The notes beneath the pieces were generated by a model that made no database searches, had not been told where the DNA came from, and saw only the letters and a program-made list of their open reading frames with translations. 64,000 nt of DNA. Origin: a virus. Below are positions 60,403 to 64,000 of the stretch, piece after piece. The stretch lies in IMG/VR virus record IMGVR_UViG_3300024520_000057, positions 1-64,000 of that record; one strand, given 5' to 3'. Position 1 is the stretch's first letter; each line of letters begins with the position of its first letter. The position numbers were made by a program, and so were the translations under genes.

Positions 60403-63400
60403 ATGAAACAAATATTTTTAATACTAATGTTTTTGTTTGGTTTAGCATTAGCACAAATTGAATCAGTATCATATCAAAGAGTTCCAAGAACAGGTGGTGG
60501 TAAGGTAATTCCTGGATTGGATGTAGATTTGTATTATGGTGGAACAAGCAACAAAGCATATGATTTAACAGAAGTGAGTAGTGCTCCAGGAAAATATAAC
60601 AATTCAAGTGTTGAACCAGGAATTTATGATGTGTGGATTAATGGAAGTTTGAATGAAAGCAGTATTGTAGTTGGGACAGTAGCTGATTCAACTTTAACAC
60701 TTGTAAAAATGACAAAGGCTACAATTGATTATATTGGTTCAGGTGGAAGTGTAACCAATAATCCAGATGATATCACATTAGAAGCAAAGCCTGGAGATAA
60801 AATAGGAATTATAACTGCTTATTTGGATACAATAACATCTAATATGAATTGGGTGTCATTACAACTAAAAGGTGGTATCCCTGATGATGCTACAAGTGCC
60901 AACACTGCTTTGACCAATGCAATTTCAGATGCTAATAGTGATTACAATGGGGGAAGTGTATTTATTCAGGGTGGGAAATATTATGTTCCTGGAGCAATAA
61001 CACAGACAACTGATGTAAAGCTATTTGGTGATCCTTCAGGTGCAAGTCATTTCAGAGGGAATAGCACCTATTTTATGAGATTAAATACAGATACAGTTAT
61101 AATTCAAAATCAGAGGTTTAGTGATTATGCTAATGTTTTTGAAATAAAAGGAAATATCAAGTATTTGGAAATAAGTAATTGCACATTTGATAATAATACA
61201 TCACCATTAGATAATCCAGATGATGCCAATGATTATAAAATTGAAACACTGGTATTAAAGGATAATATTGTAAAAAATTGTAACACTGGATTTATGGTTG
61301 ATACTGATAGTTTACAGAATGCATGGGCACTTAATAATCTTATATACAATCTCAGTAGCACCAATGCCACAATTGGAATAATGTTTGGCAGGGATGATTC
61401 CAGTAAAAATTACAATAGAAATTATATCATTGCTGGGAATGTAATTGATTCAGTTTTACAAACAGATGCCACAGCTCATGAAACACATGGGATTTATGTT
61501 TTTGGTGATAATGTTGTAATAGATGGAAATGTAGTCAATAATATAGAGGCATCTAATAGTGCTGTTACAACTGCTGTTGAAGGGATTTATGCCAAGCTTC
61601 AATATGGGAGTATATCAAATAATATGTCAGAAGATGGTGGATTTTATGAAGGTGTAATTGCAGTAAAGGGCAGACCAGTTGAGGACATTGATTATAGAAG
61701 TTTGGGATGGAATATCATTGTAGCAAATAATAATTTAATAAATACAGATACATACCATCAAGGTGCTGGTCACCCTACAGAAAGTGTGGGAATAAATATA
61801 CAAACAAGAGATGTATTGGTTGTAAATAATTATTTAGATGGTTTTACAGATGATGCTATTTATGCACCACAATCATCAAATCCATGGGACAATGTTACAA
61901 TCAGAGGAAATCACATTGTTAATACTAAAGGAGCAGAGGCAATAAGGTTTGCTAACAGTGGAAGAAATTTAACAATTGAAAATAATTTAATATTCAGAAT
62001 AATATCTTCCAGTGCATCTGCTAATAGAATATATGGTATGGATATAGGAAGGCTTGATGAGGAACTTGATGATGTGATAATAAGAAATAATACTATATTG
62101 GTTGATTCAACAGAAGCCACATCTGATAATTTTCCAAGAGGAATAAGACTGTTAGCAAGAGATTATGAAATGAATAATGTTATTATTGATGGTAATATAT
62201 TTGATTTTAAATCAGCTAATGTTACCACATCAACAGCAATTGAGTTTTATGGCTATGCTACTGACCATGTTTTTGATAGTGTTATTGTTAAGAATAATGA
62301 TTTCAGATATGTGGATGCTTTATTTGCTGAAAATGGAGAACAGCTTCAATACATTACAAGTTATGATAATTTAAGCTATGATGTCCAAGCAATGTTTGAT
62401 TTAATGGAAGGTAAAGGAATATTCACAACTGTTAAGGATACATTCATTGCAGCAGTGAATTCATTGGACATATCATATCCAGGATATTATAATTTTAATG
62501 GAGCTGTAATAAATGTTGATACACTAACTTTTCTTCCAAAAGGAAATTCCAATAGCAATGTCATTGAAATAAGGTCTGATGATGTAACAATTGCTAATTT
62601 AACAATATTAGGAAATTATGATGTTACAAGAGGCATATACCTTACATCAGGATATGGCAACATAACAATTAGGGATGTGAAATTGATTGGAACAGGACAA
62701 GGGATAAGGATGGATGACAGCCACAATGTATTGATTGATAATGCAACAGTGTGGGATTCAACTGTATCCACTGATGGTGTGTATGGGAGTAGTTCAGCTG
62801 GAGATAGTGTTACTGTAACTAATTGCAATCTTTATGCTGAAAGAGGAATATATTTCAAATCAAATTTTTCAGATGGCTCCAAGGGTGCATATGATTTGAT
62901 AATTTCAAATAACAGAGTTGTTTATCCAACAGGACTTGGGACTCATTCAGAAGGCATAACAGCTTCATATGCAGTCAGAGCAAAAATAATAAATAATTTT
63001 ATTGATGGATTTGATTTAGGAATCAGCATGACAGGTGATACACTTTACAATGGTGGACATCTGGTTTCAGGGAATACAGTTAATGGCAGAACAAATTCCA
63101 TTGAATTTGTTAGAGTTAGAAATGGAAAGGTTGCTAATAATTTCTTTTATGCAGATAGTGGTGTTGCTAATTTTAGTAATTGTAAAAATTTAACAATAAT
63201 TGGCAATACATTCAGAGGTGATTATTACAATGATGCCCACATGTCAAGATTTAGTGCTGTTGGATTGATTTATATGTTAGGATATGCTGATGGTGATGGA
63301 TATGTTGATCCAGACAGTTCAGTTGATAATACACTTATAATGGGCAATAAACTTTCAAATGGTGGAGATGGAATAAGGTGGTTGTCATCATTGGTTCCAA

Positions 63401-63846
63401 CTTCACATATACAAATTAACAACAATCAATTTGATTCACTAAGACAAGCTATTTATATTGGTTCATCTGGTTCAATGCAACAAGGATACATCCAAGTAAA
63501 TAATAATGTGGCTAAAAACATCCATGCCTCATTTTTTGTTGCAGCAGATTCAATAACATCACTTCAAGTGAATTTCAATATGGTTCAATTTGATTCCAGC
63601 CAGAAACAGGAAGCACCACCATTGAATTGGGGAATGAGATTGGTAGGAGTTGATGATTTACAAATGATAGGGAATTTTTGGGAATGTATAAATGGTGGTT
63701 TAAATAGACCAGTAACAACTCAAACCAATGAACACAGAAATATAATACACTTGGGCAATATTTATAAAGATTTTATCAATAACACTCCAACTTGGGTAAA
63801 TACAACTACAGTGTATGATACATTGAATATCATGTATGATTTTTAA
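60403..63846 (+). CDS. tail-spike/depolymerase-like right-handed beta-helix protein with Sec signal peptide
   Basis: MKQIFLILMFLFGLALA|QIES; GGIPDDATSANTALTNAI...VFIQGGKYYV pectate-lyase-3-like cap; many IxxNxI repeats; AGGAG RBS. Confidence 0.82.
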   Translation: MKQIFLILMFLFGLALAQIESVSYQRVPRTGGGKVIPGLDVDLYYGGTSNKAYDLTEVSSAPGKYNNSSVEPGIYDVWINGSLNESSIVVGTVADSTLTLVKMTKATIDYIGSGGSVTNNPDDITLEAKPGDKIGIITAYLDTITSNMNWVSLQLKGGIPDDATSANTALTNAISDANSDYNGGSVFIQGGKYYVPGAITQTTDVKLFGDPSGASHFRGNSTYFMRLNTDTVIIQNQRFSDYANVFEIKGNIKYLEISNCTFDNNTSPLDNPDDANDYKIETLVLKDNIVKNCNTGFMVDTDSLQNAWALNNLIYNLSSTNATIGIMFGRDDSSKNYNRNYIIAGNVIDSVLQTDATAHETHGIYVFGDNVVIDGNVVNNIEASNSAVTTAVEGIYAKLQYGSISNNMSEDGGFYEGVIAVKGRPVEDIDYRSLGWNIIVANNNLINTDTYHQGAGHPTESVGINIQTRDVLVVNNYLDGFTDDAIYAPQSSNPWDNVTIRGNHIVNTKGAEAIRFANSGRNLTIENNLIFRIISSSASANRIYGMDIGRLDEELDDVIIRNNTILVDSTEATSDNFPRGIRLLARDYEMNNVIIDGNIFDFKSANVTTSTAIEFYGYATDHVFDSVIVKNNDFRYVDALFAENGEQLQYITSYDNLSYDVQAMFDLMEGKGIFTTVKDTFIAAVNSLDISYPGYYNFNGAVINVDTLTFLPKGNSNSNVIEIRSDDVTIANLTILGNYDVTRGIYLTSGYGNITIRDVKLIGTGQGIRMDDSHNVLIDNATVWDSTVSTDGVYGSSSAGDSVTVTNCNLYAERGIYFKSNFSDGSKGAYDLIISNNRVVYPTGLGTHSEGITASYAVRAKIINNFIDGFDLGISMTGDTLYNGGHLVSGNTVNGRTNSIEFVRVRNGKVANNFFYADSGVANFSNCKNLTIIGNTFRGDYYNDAHMSRFSAVGLIYMLGYADGDGYVDPDSSVDNTLIMGNKLSNGGDGIRWLSSLVPTSHIQINNNQFDSLRQAIYIGSSGSMQQGYIQVNNNVAKNIHASFFVAADSITSLQVNFNMVQFDSSQKQEAPPLNWGMRLVGVDDLQMIGNFWECINGGLNRPVTTQTNEHRNIIHLGNIYKDFINNTPTWVNTTTVYDTLNIMYDF

Positions 63847-63920
63847 AAAGATGTTGTTCATTATGTATATTAATTATGTAGTATGAATAAAATAGTGTAA
63901 AAACCAGTTCTGCCACCCGA

Positions 63921-63951
63921 AATCCCAGCTGAATTATATTTGGCTGGGATT
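63921..63951. terminator. hairpin after the spike gene (possible terminator)
   Basis: AATCCCAGC...GCTGGGATT inverted repeat. Confidence 0.5.
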
Positions 63952-64000
63952 GTTAACAACAGGATTTCAAGTAATGGTAGTGTTTGGGAAAATTGGGAAT

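Noticed and set aside
1091-62828. Minus-strand ORFs (e.g. 53373-54299, 31618-32238, 51510-52037)
   Set aside because: Antisense shadows of + strand genes with S/F/I/L-rich composition and no recognisable motifs or RBS
1-64000. Stop-codon reassignment
   Set aside because: Long genes are intact in the standard code and TAA, TGA and TAG all end genes at sensible, often overlapping, boundaries
1-64000. tRNA, rRNA, integrase or att site
   Set aside because: No cloverleaf/T-loop signature, rRNA-like tract or recombinase motif noticed by eye; tRNAscan would be needed to exclude fully

Overview
A 64-kb, AT-rich segment of a large tailed dsDNA phage (siphovirus-like, no sheath gene seen). Essentially all credible genes are on the + strand, use the standard code and often have AGGAG/GAGG ribosome-binding sites. 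Gene order: recombination genes (SbcD/Mre11, SbcC/Rad50, RuvC-like), MazG-like and HGG-motif (probable TerS) genes, a ~1-kb non-coding region with mirror-image base composition (possible genome end/pac/ori), ~14 kb of accessory, lysis and secreted-protein genes, then the late operon: TerL, portal, MuF, protease, scaffold, HK97-type capsid, a glycosylation island, a repeat fibre, neck, tail tube, frameshifted chaperone, tape measure, tail tip and a beta-helix spike. Most notable: (1) TerL is split over two overlapping ORFs by a naturally split intein in Walker A, with a nuclease fused to the N-half; (2) a glycosyltransferase/aminotransferase/acetyltransferase island sits between the capsid and neck genes; (3) five proteins, including the tail-spike-like protein, have Sec-type signal peptides followed by Gln; (4) an adjacent cohesin-like (no signal peptide) and dockerin-like (signal peptide) gene pair; (5) a MuF protein with an ADP-ribosyltransferase-like tip; (6) strong CpG depletion. 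All assignments come from reading motifs by eye; no database searches were run.
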